Shown: one piece after another, positions 15,570 to 30,547 of the stretch | How positions within the stretch are numbered: the first letter of the stretch is position 1 | How the letters are laid out: the number at the start of each line of letters is the position of its first letter | From: Chrysomallon squamiferum | Taxonomy: Eukaryota > Animalia > Mollusca | Assembly: GCA_012295275.1 (NCBI GenBank) | Contig: CM022669.1 | Location: 18,910,001-18,974,000 of the forward strand | Direction: 5' to 3' | DNA: 64,000 bases | Program-made: the position numbers and the translations under genes | The notes under the pieces: model-generated | Databases searched by the model: none | Seen by the model: the letters and a program-made list of their open reading frames with translations, nothing else | What the model was told of the DNA's origin: nothing

Positions 15570-15975
15570 GATTAAGACCGCCACCGTTATATTATTCTAA
15601 TCATGAGATTTTTAAGAAAACTGTAACTTTTTCATTATTTTAGGATGGACTGCCACTTTATTTTTATTGCGTGGTCTGTTATCATTATGAGAACTTTAAA
15701 AGGACTCTATCAATTAGATTGTTTTTTTGCAATGATATCTTTAAGAAAACAGCCAATATAGCTTTGTTTTATCAGACCTTTAACAAGAATGTCACTTTAT
15801 TTTCTGTTATATGGCCTCTTTTAGATTATTTTAATCGTCAAGAGGACCGCCACAGTTATATCATCATCGGCATTATCATCATCGGCATCATCATCATAAT
15901 TATCTTTTAGAAAATTGCTACTGTTGCGGTATCGTATCGTGAGACTTTAAGAGGACTGCCACAATTATATTTTTA
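15570..15975. repeat. Highly degenerate ~45-50-bp tandem array
   Basis: Recurring GAGA.TTTAAGA(G/A)(G/A)ACTGCCAC..TTAT motif, for example at about 15575, 15605, 15647, 15690, 15740, 15843 and 15941. Confidence 0.6.
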
Positions 15976-16858
15976 TTTTTATACGTTACCTTTGATTTAT
16001 TCACGTATATACTTATTTGGTTGTTTTAGTTATTATATTTGAGTTGTGTTTGTTTGTTTGTTTTTTCATCTGGTAAAGCTGATCAGTGTAATCATGTACG
16101 TTATTTATGTCAGATGCTCCTCGCCTTTGCGTGTCTAGTTCAAGTTAACACAACAGCGGCAACAGAGCAGGATTCTTCAAAACAAAACAGCTGTCTAAAC
16201 TAGAGTACAAAATCATTAACATTATTTTTTTTTTTTTTTTCACTTACTATTATTGTTATGTTTTACAGTCTCTATCAGTGGTGAAATCACGATGAATGAT
16301 AGCAAACGTAAAACGGTTATTAAAGAGATGTATACGTGTCAAAATGACCAGTATGATTTGTCGTTAGCCCTTAAACGCCCACGGGAACAATCAATTAACT
16401 CCGAGTAGCGGGTCTGCAGTTCCTTTCTCTTGCCAGTGTTTCAGTGGAAGTGGCTCTCTGGTCTGATAAGATCGCGAGATGGGTTCTTCTGGGTGAACTC
16501 TGTGTTGCGTTATCGGTCTGGTTACGTTTATCTTTCCAGATTTCATGTTAGGAGATCATTTTAATAGAAATGACCAGTTGTTCCACTCAGAAAAATATAC
16601 TGAAAATGAATCGCATTCGGTGAACAGTTTGAAATACGGTAACACTTGTAGGTTAAAGCAGGTTTGTCGTGGATACTGTCTGGGATATCATGGATCACGT
16701 GATAAAATCTCGTTAGCGCGGCTAATGAATCATTTCCAGTTCAGTTAGTGTTTTGCTTCACCGCTAGTTTATTAAAGGTTATAGCAAAAAAAATTCTGTT
16801 TGCATGCAGCAGGTGCGTGTAAATAAACACACATACGTACATAATTAGATATATACAT

Positions 16859-16930
<72 letters not shown>

Positions 16931-17959
16931 TAGTGCATAAATGAAACATACCTGAAAGTAGAGTTTTTTCTCTCTTTTTTTCGTTTTGCTGTTGTTGTTG
17001 TTTTTTTTTGTTAGTTTTTTTGTTGTTGTTGTTTTTCTTTTTTTGGAGGGTTATGAAGGGAAAAGTAGCTCAGTTCAAAAAAAAAAATCTTTTGGTGAGA
17101 AGTCTTTTGATCTCAGATAGCCTGGCAGCGTCGCGATCAGTTCAGTGTTTCTGTCCACTCCATTACACGGCACGTGCTGCCTTTGTTGAAGCGCATGCTA
17201 CATGTTTATGGCGTGATACACACTTTGCTGTCAGCAAGCACGTTCATAAACATTCGCTTTCTGCTAATGGAAAAAAAAAAAAAATGAAGTGATTTTTTTT
17301 TTTTTGCTGACGGTTTCGTCTGAATTAACCTAAACTAAAATGTGATAACTTAATAAATACGCCACTTTTTACCGTAGCTACAGTCAGTGACAGAAAATGA
17401 ATTAATGTTTTAATGACTTCTTTAAATAAATCCAACTGCCTTGTTTTTTCTTCTTCTAGAAGCCGGTTTGATGTCAGTTTGCATTTAAAATAAAAGCTTC
17501 AGTTAACAAATAAATTTATTTTGATTCCCATAAGTACAGGAAAGGTAAACACATTTATCTAACAATTGTGGATCGCACAACTGTAAACTTTTGTATTATT
17601 TTAGGATGATCTAAACAATGCCTGGCAATGTTTAAATACACGAAGGTAGCGTTATTTATTTTTTATTTTTTATTTTGTTGTTATTATTTAAAAAAAGAAA
17701 ACAGAAAAAAAGAAAGAACGAACGAAAGAAAGAAAAAAAAGAAAGAACGAACGAAAGAAAGAAAAAAAAGAAAGAAAAATCCCTTATCAAGAGAAAGGAA
17801 GCCATCAAACAAAATAAAAAAAAGAAAGAAAGAAAGAAAACAAAAGAAGAAAACAAAAATCAAAACAAGGGAAGCCACCCACTCTTGCAGACATCTCCTG
17901 AAGGCGCATAACTCTAAGGCTGTTTAAAAATCGAGACTTTAATCTTCCAACTCAGTGGG

Positions 17960-17982
17960 GTTGCTATGGCAAGCTGACGTCA
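17960..17982. promoter_or_regulatory. Candidate RFX X-box directly next to a full CRE
   Basis: GTTGCTATGGCAAG (near-consensus X-box palindrome), one base, then TGACGTCA. Motif match only. Confidence 0.35.
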
Positions 17983-18260
17983 TTATTTTTTTGACAGATC
18001 CTGAAGATATTAAGCGCATTCAAAATATGAGAACTTGTTTTGACATTTGTTTCAAGTATACGGGAGTAACGTAATTATAAACAGGAACCTGGATTTAATT
18101 TATTTTTTATTTCATTGAATTTTTGAATATAAACAGAGATGACGAGGTAAAAACTAACCCATATCATTTTATGAAGATACTTTGCACCTATGAATGTTGA
18201 AGGCACCAAGACTTTTAATGCTTAGAATGTGGTATATTCGTGCATGCACGGAGTTGTATA

Positions 18261-18317
<57 letters not shown>

Positions 18318-19202
18318 CTGTGGAGTAGCAGATTAGCTTTCTTATGAAACACATGTTATAACTTTTCTTGTTTTTAGCACTTTGTTAAAAACTTGTTTTT
18401 TTTGTTGTTAAGCAAAACGCACTTGTTCTTTTATTTTTATTTCATCAGTTTTAAGCTTTTTCTGGTGCTGTTATATCTTTCTTTGTTTTTATTTCTTTTT
18501 TTACACTTTGTCAGTAAATACGCACTTGTTCTTTTTTTTTTTTTTTTTGTTTACTTGTTCTTTTTTTACACAGCTGCTTATTTGTTGATTTATTTATTTA
18601 TTTTATTTTTTTTTTTTTTTTTTATCAGGTCTAAAGAGGTATTATTTGAAAGGCATCGACGTAATGTTTATTTTTCTGTAATGTACCTTCAGTTTCAGTA
18701 ACCATAGATTATACACGTCAGACTCTACAAAACAGATGAAAAAGCCTAAGTTTCAGCGGTGATCGCAAAAAAACGTGACTGAAATCAGACGTAATCGTTA
18801 CAAAGTACAGTACAAACGTAATGTCTTCTAAATAACCCAGTTCTGACTGTAGGTTGTGTAAATTCGACTCACGGAGACAAATCCCCAGTGGACTTCGGCT
18901 CTAACTCTTGTCAGTTTGTTTCTGTTAAGTCCTCGTGTATTTCCTCAGTGATTAAAAGTTCGCGAAACGACCCACTTAATTCCCCATCACGGACTGAAAT
19001 AAAGTGCGGGCTTCTGGCACTGGTTTGTAGATTGACGTGTTCACGGAAACGATTCACTGATTGACTTTTTGTTTATTGCATCAGGGAATCATCAGCTCTG
19101 GTCACATTTCCAGGCTCTTCTGTCTCTATTTGTTAATTTGTTGATAAGAATCTAGCTTCACCTTAAGTTACACAGTTGTCGTTTTGAAAGTCGGGAGAAG
19201 AG

Positions 19203-19472
19203 GCTATAAAGTACTAACACCGTTCTTCATAAAATACTGATGTCAAACGTACTGAAATATTAAAATCATAAATTATGAAGCACTGATATATATATATATA
19301 TACATATATATATTGTAAAGTATTAAAGTCATACGCTATTAAGTATTAACGTCATAACGTCATTACTCTCTGTTAACATCGTACTTTATAAAGTACTAAT
19401 ATACTACGTCATAAAGAACTAATATTACACATTATAAAGTACTGTCGTGACACATTTTAAAGTTCTAATAAT
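19203..19472. repeat. Degenerate ~24-bp tandem array
   Basis: Recurring TATAAAGTACTAA..(AC)AC.T motif, interrupted by a (TA)n run. Confidence 0.6.
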
Positions 19473-21817
19473 AGCTAATTTAATTACTGATGATATATTC
19501 ACGAAGATTACAGATGAAATTTGTCGACTGAAAGGGTTTTAATTGGGACGCCGTTGGACATGAGATCAACCGCTGGCTGTAATATGCGTGACTACTACAG
19601 ACGTCTGTGTGGTAACTCAGTGGTGACAGTGCAAAGTTAAGTGGCGTCTGGAGAGCGCAGTTCAGTACATCCATAATCCTCACACAGCCAGTTTTCGATC
19701 TAAGACGTAATTTTTCTGACAGGCTTGAAAATGAAGAAGAATCAAAGCATATCCCGAACAGACTGAGTCATATTAGAACTTTTTTTTTTTTTAATATTTC
19801 ATAATGTCGTTTTATTATTTACCAATACGAAATTCGTCTTAAAAATCACAAAAATATATTAATTAAAGACTTTTTTGTCTTCAATAATCTCTTTCTTGTA
19901 TGAGGAATTCTTAATTCAGATTTGTAAACTTTTGTTAAAAATATTCAGCATAATCGATAGGTGCTGACGAATGATATTTAATCTAAGGAGAAATGCTGGT
20001 TCGTTGTCTTGTTAATTTGTTTTTGTTATAATTATTAGATCTCTGTTACAAATGACCAAATTTAATGAAGTAATATTGTTTCCGGACGCTTTTATACCGC
20101 TACAGACTTTAATTATACAATGTTCTGTACAAAAGAACAGACGTATTCCCAATACGTGCATCAAAATTGCAAATAAACGATTTTATTTAAAAAAAGTTAC
20201 ATTCTGTTCACAAATCTTTCGTCGCTTAACAGAAAATATGAATACAAAATAGATAAACGCCGCCATTTTACCTCTTCACATTTAAATTCGTTACGTCATC
20301 GCGTATATGAGCTTTATTGAGCGTCCTGAGTTATCGTCATCTGGAACTCACTGTATGCCCCAGGGTGACACGGCTGTAGTGTTTGGAAATTCGAGGTTCC
20401 AATCGAACAGTGTTTTAAATGATAGAGGCATAACGTAGCTTCGATCGAGTTGCTTCTTTCGATTTCGTTAAATCCGGAGGTTATTTGAGTGAGCAGCTAA
20501 TTCTCACGGTGTTTTAAATCTTGACAAAATACATTATTTGTTGATCTATGTATCTCTAGCGATGTAACCCTGGCGTTAACATTGAATCTTGTATGTCAAT
20601 ACCTACAACACCAAAACAAAACAAAAAAAAAAGAAGAAGAAACTGACTTGTTCACAAAGAAGATTCACCATTTTTCTTCTTCTTTCTTTTATAAATTTTT
20701 TTAAAAAAATGTTTTGAAATCGATTACCGTTCGTTATTTTCTCTGAATTAAATTTCAGGTTAATGTGTGACAAATAGATTCAGGCGTATATCAGATCTGG
20801 ATTCATTTAAGTGTCCGGATCTGAATTTACAGTTCTCAAAATCAGTTTATCGACAAGGAAACAGACAAAAAGAGGGAAGTAAATACATTTTCTTTATTAA
20901 AGCCATCACGGAAATGGCATTACGATTTAAACGAAAATCACTGAGGCATTTTAACACTGTTTAAACAGAATATTTGGTTACCTTTGAACCTGAGTTACTG
21001 AGATCTTTTCAAGCAGTAAATTCTGCAGAGAAATTTATGAAGTCTTTTCAGCTCTTTAAGTCTTGAAAATAGATTTTGAAATACTTATAATCATGATCGG
21101 ATTTACAAGGTGGCAAGCACTTTAGCCTCCCAAGGCCTAAAATTTGTCTTGCTTAAGAAACGAATTCAGGCAAAATATACTTGTGATAAAACAGGCTGAC
21201 TTTCAGAGTTTATAGATCACTTATATCTGGTTTGATTGAGAAAATTTAATATTTTAATATTTTTCAGCTCTAAATTCTTAAATTAATATAACAAATTCAT
21301 CATTGTATGGCATATAACGTTTTTCTTTTCAAAACAGACAACTGCATGCATTATTAGAACAGCCGATTATACGATTTTAAAAAACGTTTTATTACTGTTA
21401 TCTTTGCAGCTTACTGAAAACTCTCATTCCACGGCTCTGGTTTTATGTTTTATTTTTACCAACCGTGAAACGATATCGTTCACAATCGTAGACAGTTTAA
21501 AATAAGCTGTTGCTGCTAAGCATCTCCGTTCTGTTGAAATTATAACATTGCTAGTAATAACAGTTGTTAATCTGAACGTACACGCGTGTCGACAAAAGAC
21601 TGATAAATCGGACTCAGACAAAATATGAGAAGCTTACTCTAACTTCTGCCTCCCACGAGACATCGAGATCGGACAGCGCGTGATTTAGTTTCGTGATGAG
21701 AATGAAATGTTATTTACCAGACTAAACACATCGCTGAATCTACTTTAAAAAGGTAACACGTGAAGAGCACATTTTGCCCTGTATTATCCCAAAACAGTTA
21801 TCTTTTCATTATCGAGA

Positions 21818-21948
<131 letters not shown>

Positions 21949-22437
21949 CTCTCTCAGTTGCAACGATGGCCTTATAAATGACTAATATTTTTAAATAGGC
22001 TTCCTAAATATCTATCTTAAATATATATTTAATAAATAACCATTTCCTCTTTTAATTAATTCATGTCTGTAAATATAAATCTGTCTTGAACATTCTTCAA
22101 AAGTTGCGATACCCATTGAATTATTTTGTCTGTATTTCGTTCAGTAATAAACGCGTGAACTGCGAGATACGAAATTTGTTATTAATGTACATGATCATAA
22201 TAACCGAAGATAATTATACTAGAAATAAACATCCCAGCTAATAGATGACGAAAGAACATCCAAGCAAATTAGATTTTTATTGCTGAGTTTATTAGTTAAC
22301 GAGACTTCCACACATTTGTTTGTTCTGTGAATGGTTATTAGGCGTGACATATAGGTTGTGTGTAATGATTAGAAACATCACTGCAACGTGTTTCATTCAG
22401 CAGCTGATCGATTATGTCCACCTTCCACCAGGTAGGA

Positions 22438-22855
22438 GATAATTTGAATAACCAGTTAGCAGCAGTGGGTCTTCAGTGTATACACACCCAGAGACAACTG
22501 ACAGTTTAAAACAGTTAGTTAGCAGAACGAGATTTTTATACACCTACCCACAGACAGAAGTAATTTAAACTAATAAGTTAGCAGAATGAGATATTTCATA
22601 TATACCTACTCATAGACATTTAATAATCCAAATCAGTCAGTTAGCAGAGCAATATATATTTCGCATATACCTACCCACCGACCAGAAATAACTTAAACTA
22701 GTCAACTAGCAAGATGAGATCACATACATACCTACCCATAGATGGTAAGTAATTTAAGCCAGTCAGTTAGCAGAAAGAGATATTTTTTCATACACCTACT
22801 CAAAGGGGGAACTAATTTAAACAAATCGGTTAGCAGCAAGATATATTCTATGTAA
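22438..22855. repeat. Degenerate tandem array, ~60-65-bp unit, about 7 copies
   Basis: Recurring TAATTTAAAC.AGTCAGTTAGCAG.A.GAGAT.TTT.ATA.ACCTACCCA.AGAC. The TTAGCAG or CTAGCAAG anchor appears 7 times at about 60-bp spacing. Confidence 0.9.
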
Positions 22856-24333
22856 ATCTTCTGCTAGAATGTAAATGAGACGTTACACGCTCTCTGCAAC
22901 AACAAACAACTGAGCAACAGTCGATTTTAAATTACGTAAGATTTATCTGCAAGTCCCCACAGCATGTGTTAGATAAATCACGCTAAATAATTATCTTTCT
23001 GAAATGCTTTATTATTAAGCTGTCATGTTTGAAAATAAACGGGTAATGTCGTCATATTCTCGATACCAATCTGTACTTTTTTTAACCATCCGAAAAAAAA
23101 TATATATATATATATATATGGGCTTAATAATCTTCTCATATCTACTTTTCTTCGATAAACAGATACGCTGCTTTGAAATACCCAGTTTGATTCCGTCTGA
23201 GCAGTTTTTGAAAAGGCAGGCTGTCAAAACGGTCTTCGGTTCTCGCCATCAAATTTGAATTCAGTGATCTAAATGTGAGTGTGTTAAATCCAGAGAACAG
23301 TGGAATGAAATCAGCCGTGTCTTCAGCTTGCTTATTCATGCATGACTTCTGTTTACTGGCTTCTTAGTGCCAACGAGAAATTTATTAATAAATAAAAATT
23401 GCAGAAGGTTGTGGATTTCTATTATCAGTTTTATATATAAAAACATAATTAATTTTTAGATATATGGGAGAGGTTTTTTGTTGTTGTTGTAGTTGCTGTT
23501 TGTGTATAGTGGTTGTATACAGCAGCACAAACATGCGTAATAGAATAGAATCACTGTTACGTAATAATAATATGTCGAATAATATGCAGAAATAATATAA
23601 TGTATCAATAATATATTTATTACCAGAAATAATAATATATGTATTTCCATGTATATATATATGTGTGTGTGTATGTATATATATATATATATATATGTTC
23701 CTAGTAATATTGTAGAAATTAAGAGAATAATATTTAAGGTTTTTCTATTAACTGTACACACTGTGATGTGTGTGTACGTGTGTGAGTGGTCGTGCGTGTA
23801 TGTATATGTTTGTCTATGTGACAAAGTCAGAAACAAAGAAAGACAAATTTTCTCGACTGAACCGCAAAGTCAAGAAATACGGTGCTTTTGGAAATGCCAC
23901 TATTCTGGGCATTTTTCGTAGGTGGGTACTTATTTGGATTTTCTGCGATCGTTTCTGCTATCTTAATAAATGTTGATTACTAAATATATTTTATAATAAC
24001 AGGATTAAGTGAAAATGACCATCTGCATAGCCGATTAAATGTTTTAATAATAATAATAATAATAATACCGAAAAGAGCAAATTGTTTTATTAATTAATGT
24101 AATTAATATAAATACATAAATTAATTTCAAAAATGAATAACAGCACGCACGCCGTCGCATACGCACACGCACACACACAAATACACACACGTGTAACATA
24201 CAAAGATACCTTTTCTTTGACAGAAATCAATCACATTCGATTTTTTATTTAACTGTACGTTTGACGTTTGTTTCCTATATTTTAATTTAAAAAAAAACAC
24301 ATTATTATTAGTATGTACATACATTCATGCATA

Positions 24334-24365
<32 letters not shown>

Positions 24366-24738
24366 GATCAATTAAATAGGAAAAGTCTGATTATCATGAT
24401 TTTCATGTAATCTTTATTAACCAGCTTAACGCAAATGTCACATATCTGTTTCACTGTCCAATTCTAATGAGTTAAAACCCAGTTGTTAAAACGTCGAGTT
24501 TTGGTTCAGTTAGGCGAGCACAATTTATTTTTGAATTGATGTGCTCACTGACAGAATTCAAAATTCTGCAGTTTCTTCTGCTACATTAAAGTGTCGATTT
24601 ATTTGTAAAAATCTGCTGATTTTGTTTTGTTCTCGGAACGCCGGGCTAATGCAAGATCGGTCGCAAAATCGATTCTTATCTTCTTGTCATAGCTAGCTTC
24701 CTGTGTGTGGTCTATTAACGTCTGTGGTATGCGATTTC

Positions 24739-25341
<603 letters not shown>

Positions 25342-25639
25342 GTGCTTCTATATATCTTCCTTCTCTGTGTTTCTCCATCTTTTATTATTATCTTACTTCT
25401 TCACATAACATTCCTCTTACGCTCTTTTACCATTAAACGTGTCTGTAAATCAGATTGTGAAAATTTTAAATTTCGCCCCTGGCTCTGTGCTGACCCAAAG
25501 ACACAAATTAGATAAACCCTTTATTAGGAAGAGACTGGGAAATGTATGGCAAGGTAACGCTTTTGTGGTAAAAAAAAAAAAAAAAAAAATTAATTCTGAT
25601 AACATATTCGTCTGAAATGTTTAAAGTACATGTACATGT

Positions 25640-25876
25640 ATCAGTCGAACAAGGTTAACGTTAATGATTATGAGAGATATTTTAAAACAAAAAAGAAGAA
25701 AATATATATATGTATACACACACACAAACACACACACAACACACATACACATACACACATCAGTCGAACAAGGTTAACGTTTATGATTATGAGAGATATT
25801 TTAAAACAAAAAAGAAGAAAATATATATATGTATACACACACACAAACACACACACACAGACACACACACACACAT
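25640..25876. repeat. Recent 119-bp tandem duplication
   Basis: ATCAGTCGAACAAGGTTAACGTT(A/T)ATGATTATGAGAGATATTTTAAAAC... at 25640 and 25759, nearly identical, each ending in a (CA)-rich tract. Confidence 0.95.
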
Positions 25877-26602
25877 ACATATATCTGATTATATGTAACC
25901 TTTTAGTAAAAAGACTGAAAAATTATCACAGAATTCAAGCTGATTTTTAATCTATGTCAAAAGTTCCAGTTTCACTGCTTAGGAATTAATATGAATCGAT
26001 GAATATTTTAGTTTATAGCAAAGAATTTGATCTCAGTAGTTATTTCGAAATAGATTCTTTAAAACAGTGACTACAATTCATCATTTAAACCTGAAAAAAA
26101 GACTACAAGAACATAGAACTAAACCAAAGAGAATATATCAGATTTGTTTTATATATCGTTTTAATTAAACTCGTGGACATTCGATCTAAGAAGCAAGGCA
26201 GTCTAAGCATGCAGTGATTAATAAAAACGTTTTAAAAATTAATCAGATGGTGTCAAAATTGTCGGATAAGCCTTAAGAGAATCGTTTTTTTCTTTCTTTC
26301 TTTCTTTTTCGTCATTTCTTTCAAAATTATTAATTATTCTGAAAAACGCTGGTGAATAATAGGTTACTTTTTTTCTTCAAATACATTTCTTTCAGTTTTA
26401 GAAATATGAATATTTAATTAATTATTTAGTTAGTTAGTTAGTTTTTGAGATATTTATTGTTCATCATTATGTCAAAAATCAATTGACAGACTCCATCGTA
26501 TAATTAATTTACCAGTAAAATTTTAATTATCAAATTCTTTTCTTGAATGTTTTTGTTATCATAATCTTCAGCAATATTATCATCATCATCATCATCATTA
26601 TT

Positions 26603-26658
<56 letters not shown>

Positions 26659-26749
26659 TGTTGCTATTCTTGTTTTTTGTGGGTGTTACTGTATTGAAAT
26701 AAACTTTTGAAAAGAATGACTCAGAATGATTTGTCTGTGAAGGAAAGAA

Positions 26750-27000
26750 CGACTGAACATTTCAACATTCTGTCTTAAAACAACTTAATATTAATAGTTA
26801 CTGAACATCAAACACTGATAACTTGTGACACTCTGTCGCTTCTTCTTTTGCCTTTTTCATTTATTAGTTGATCCTTCCTGTATGCAGGATAGTACGTACC
26901 ATTATCTTTGGCACAGAGACATTTTAGAGTAGCGGCTAAAAGAGTAAAATATCCATTGTGCACCCAATAAGAATTGATCCTACGTGAATATTTGATTGGC
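26750..27000 (-). mobile_element. Possible highly decayed SINE relic
   Basis: CAGGATAGTACGTACCATTATCTTTG and AGAATTGATCCTA resemble the reverse complement of the SINE core and head motifs suspected at 38141-38400. Based on recollection of gastropod SINEs; weak. Confidence 0.25.
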
Positions 27001-27373
27001 ACTGTCTGAAACGATAAATAGCCAAAAGCGCGCACCAACGAGAACTCAACTTAATGTTATTCCTGACCTACAGCCGGCACCAGTTCTAATCCGAACATCC
27101 CAGTAATGACGTCATTTTGTGATCCCGTGATGAAGCATTTTGTAATACAAGCAGACGTGAAATTCACTGCGAGCATGAACGTTATTAACCGCGAAATAGC
27201 GCTAAATTAAAGCCAGAGCTTTTTAAAAATGCATCGACATGCTGCATATCAATGTGCCTTGTTAAACGGCTCTCGGTTTCGTTTGTTTGAGTGCATGCTG
27301 GGATTTGTTCTTAGATTTTTTAGTATTTGGTTTATATTTTTATTTTTATTTTGTTTTTAATTTTTAATTAATG

Positions 27374-27417
<44 letters not shown>

Positions 27418-27784
27418 GTTATTGTTGTTGTTGTTGCTGTTGCTTCTCTTCTTCTTCTTCTTCGTCGTCGTCGTCGTCTTCTTCTTGCATTCTTCTGTCA
27501 TTTTTTGTTTTCTTTTTGAACACAAAGCACTTCAAAAATTAGACGTTTAATTCTGTGCAGACGATCGTATACGTCTCGAGAAACGTGGAACTGACCACGT
27601 GCCTTGATTCTCGTCTGCTAGTCTTTCCAGTTATTAGACAGGTGAAAACCGCGTTATTCTTCTGAACACAAGATAACAGACATCTCTTACTAACTATCTT
27701 TAAAAAAAATCCGTCTTGTCTTTTCATAATAATCAGAGCTGCTAAAAAGTCATGAGATTTTGAAAACTTCGCCAAAGAATGCTG

Positions 27785-27815
<31 letters not shown>

Positions 27816-28322
27816 GTGCTTAAATAAATTACTGGTCTCTATTTAGCATGAGGCATTCTTACGTATTTTAATTTCGGCATAAAAAATATGCGAGCGGTAT
27901 CTTTATATTCAGCGTCTATTTTAAATCTCTCCTGTTTTCAATTAACTGAAACAAACTATGGTGCCAAATGTATCTTATTATTTAAGTTTCTTTTCTTAAA
28001 TCCACAGTTATGAGGCCCCTCTTATAATAGTTGTCAGTTGACAAAAATGTTGTCAGTTGTTATTCGTGAACATCTGATGTAATAGCCATTTTGTGGGCAT
28101 AATCTATGTCTGCTAACAGTGTTTCCCCTTCACATAGGTCACGAAATAAATCAGTTGATCAATGTACATGTGTGTATAATAATAAAATTTAATATTTTGA
28201 AATATGAAATTTACATCCAACTCGACGCCTGCTCTTATCACGTTCTGTATCAAACTGAAGTGTCGCTCACGTAACGCTAAGCAAGACATAAAAATGGATC
28301 ACTTTGAAATTACAAACACATG

Positions 28323-28356
<34 letters not shown>

Positions 28357-28750
28357 AAGGAAAAATAATCTTAAGAATCTTTGAAAAGCACTTAATGAAA
28401 AACTTCACTATTTAGGATCCTGTTCTTTTCAGATTTCCTGTTCAAGAGATTGTACATCGTTATCAAATCAAGGTCTGGATCAATATTTAAAACATTTGAA
28501 AATCCACAGGAGTTTGAAAAAAATCATCAATTTAAAATAAATTTTAAAAAGTGTTAAATGCCAAATTTAATATGTAAATGTGACGTAAGATTAATAATCT
28601 TGGATAACCACGATCTTTAAATTTGTCTTCTCTCTGAATCTTTGTGACTATATTTTCTGCAACACCTACATTATACACCGTTGAAATAATTTACATAATT
28701 AAAATGTATTTTCTGACAGTTTATTTCGACATAACCAACAACAACAGCAA

Positions 28751-28786
<36 letters not shown>

Positions 28787-29209
28787 AGAATGAGTGAATC
28801 TTTAGGGTGATTTTTTTGATGAAGCATTGATTTGAAATAGAAATGTCAAAGACTTTTTTATTTTTGAAATAAAACGTAAAACATTTCCTTGATATTTTGG
28901 GATGTATGTTTTTATAGATATTTATTTTCAAAATTGATAATTCTCGTAGCATTTTTCATTAAAATAAAGAGTGATTAGGACAAAGATGAGTAAGTTCAAA
29001 ATTTAAAAAACTAATCGTTTGAAAAATATAAAATATTTCCGGGTAAAACTGCAGATGTAGGCTAAAAACTAAAAAAAAAAAAATTATTTAATTTTGTTGG
29101 TGTTCTTATTTTCGTTTTCCTTGTAAAGGTTCGGTCTTTTTTCAGCGGCAACAACACCAGTACCAACACCAATATCAACACCAATACCAACACCAATAAT
29201 AATAATAAC

Positions 29210-29264
<55 letters not shown>

Positions 29265-29611
29265 TTTTGAAAACGTTTGCGACCCCTTCTTGGGCGCTGG
29301 TCACAGAATTAATTTTCCAGCTATATTTTCTCATATCGTCCATCATTATCCAGTTGCGGTCGAAGGACTGATTAATTTATTATTAATTACGTCCCGCTGA
29401 CCATTTTAACTCGACTCCGCGCTTCATATCTCTGTTAAGGAGGCCCAGGGGATACACATCGGAAGCCGTTAATATTTCAACGGAACAACGACCTTGTTTT
29501 CTCTTTGCCTGTCATAATAAAACGCCTACACTAACATTGATTCGCTTAATAACGGCTTGAAGAAGATCTCACACCGACAGACAATACATTAGCCTGTTCT
29601 GTTTAGTCGTC

Positions 29612-29710
<99 letters not shown>

Positions 29711-30515
29711 GTCTCTATTTCTTTCTCTCTCATTCTGCTGCTCTTTGTATTTTATCTGGCTGTCTGTCTATCTTTAAGTCTGTTTCTTTGTCTATCTCTC
29801 ATTATAATATATATAATGTATGTATGTTTGTATATTGTACGTAAATATCGTTCATATTTATGACTTGTATGCATGTATACTGTATGTATCTGCTTCTGTC
29901 TATGTCTCTGTGTCTGTGTATATTTGCTATGCTGGTCAATTCCTTATTGGTTGGTCTTATCTGGGAATCTTTCATAACTATCATTTACAACGCTTCTTTT
30001 ACACGATGTACTAAGCCTAATAATCAAATAAAATAAAAAAATAAAACATTATTATTATTCTCTTTAAAATTATAATTAATTTTATCACAGATGAACTGAA
30101 AGTTAAAACTTGATTCGTTCACTTCTGACGTGTTTCGATTTATTTAAATGTAATTATTTATTTTCATAAATAGATCGCTGCTACTTGCACAAATTCACCT
30201 CGCTAGCCATCGGGTAATTCAGAACAAAATAAACTCTTGTTATCAAAGCAGATCTTGATAAAAAAAAAAATAATAATAATAAAATAAAAAAAAATGGAAA
30301 ATTAATGAAGATAGAAAAGCTAATAGGAAAAGATGTTTTCAACAAGTGTAAATAATTGAACATCAGCCCCAAAAAATGTTTTGAAAAAATTAAAAAAATA
30401 TTTTACCTTTAGGCGTTAAAAGCAGACGATTCCTGGGAACAGACGAGAAAAGGGCGGGAAATAAGATGTATTTCTCCTGAAGTCTGTTTAAAGCGGGGCT
30501 GCACGTAATTTAAAA

Positions 30516-30547
<32 letters not shown>

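Noticed and set aside
22438-22855. CRISPR-like repeat-spacer array
   Set aside because: The variable parts are diverged versions of one another, not unique spacers, and the conserved blocks are not identical.
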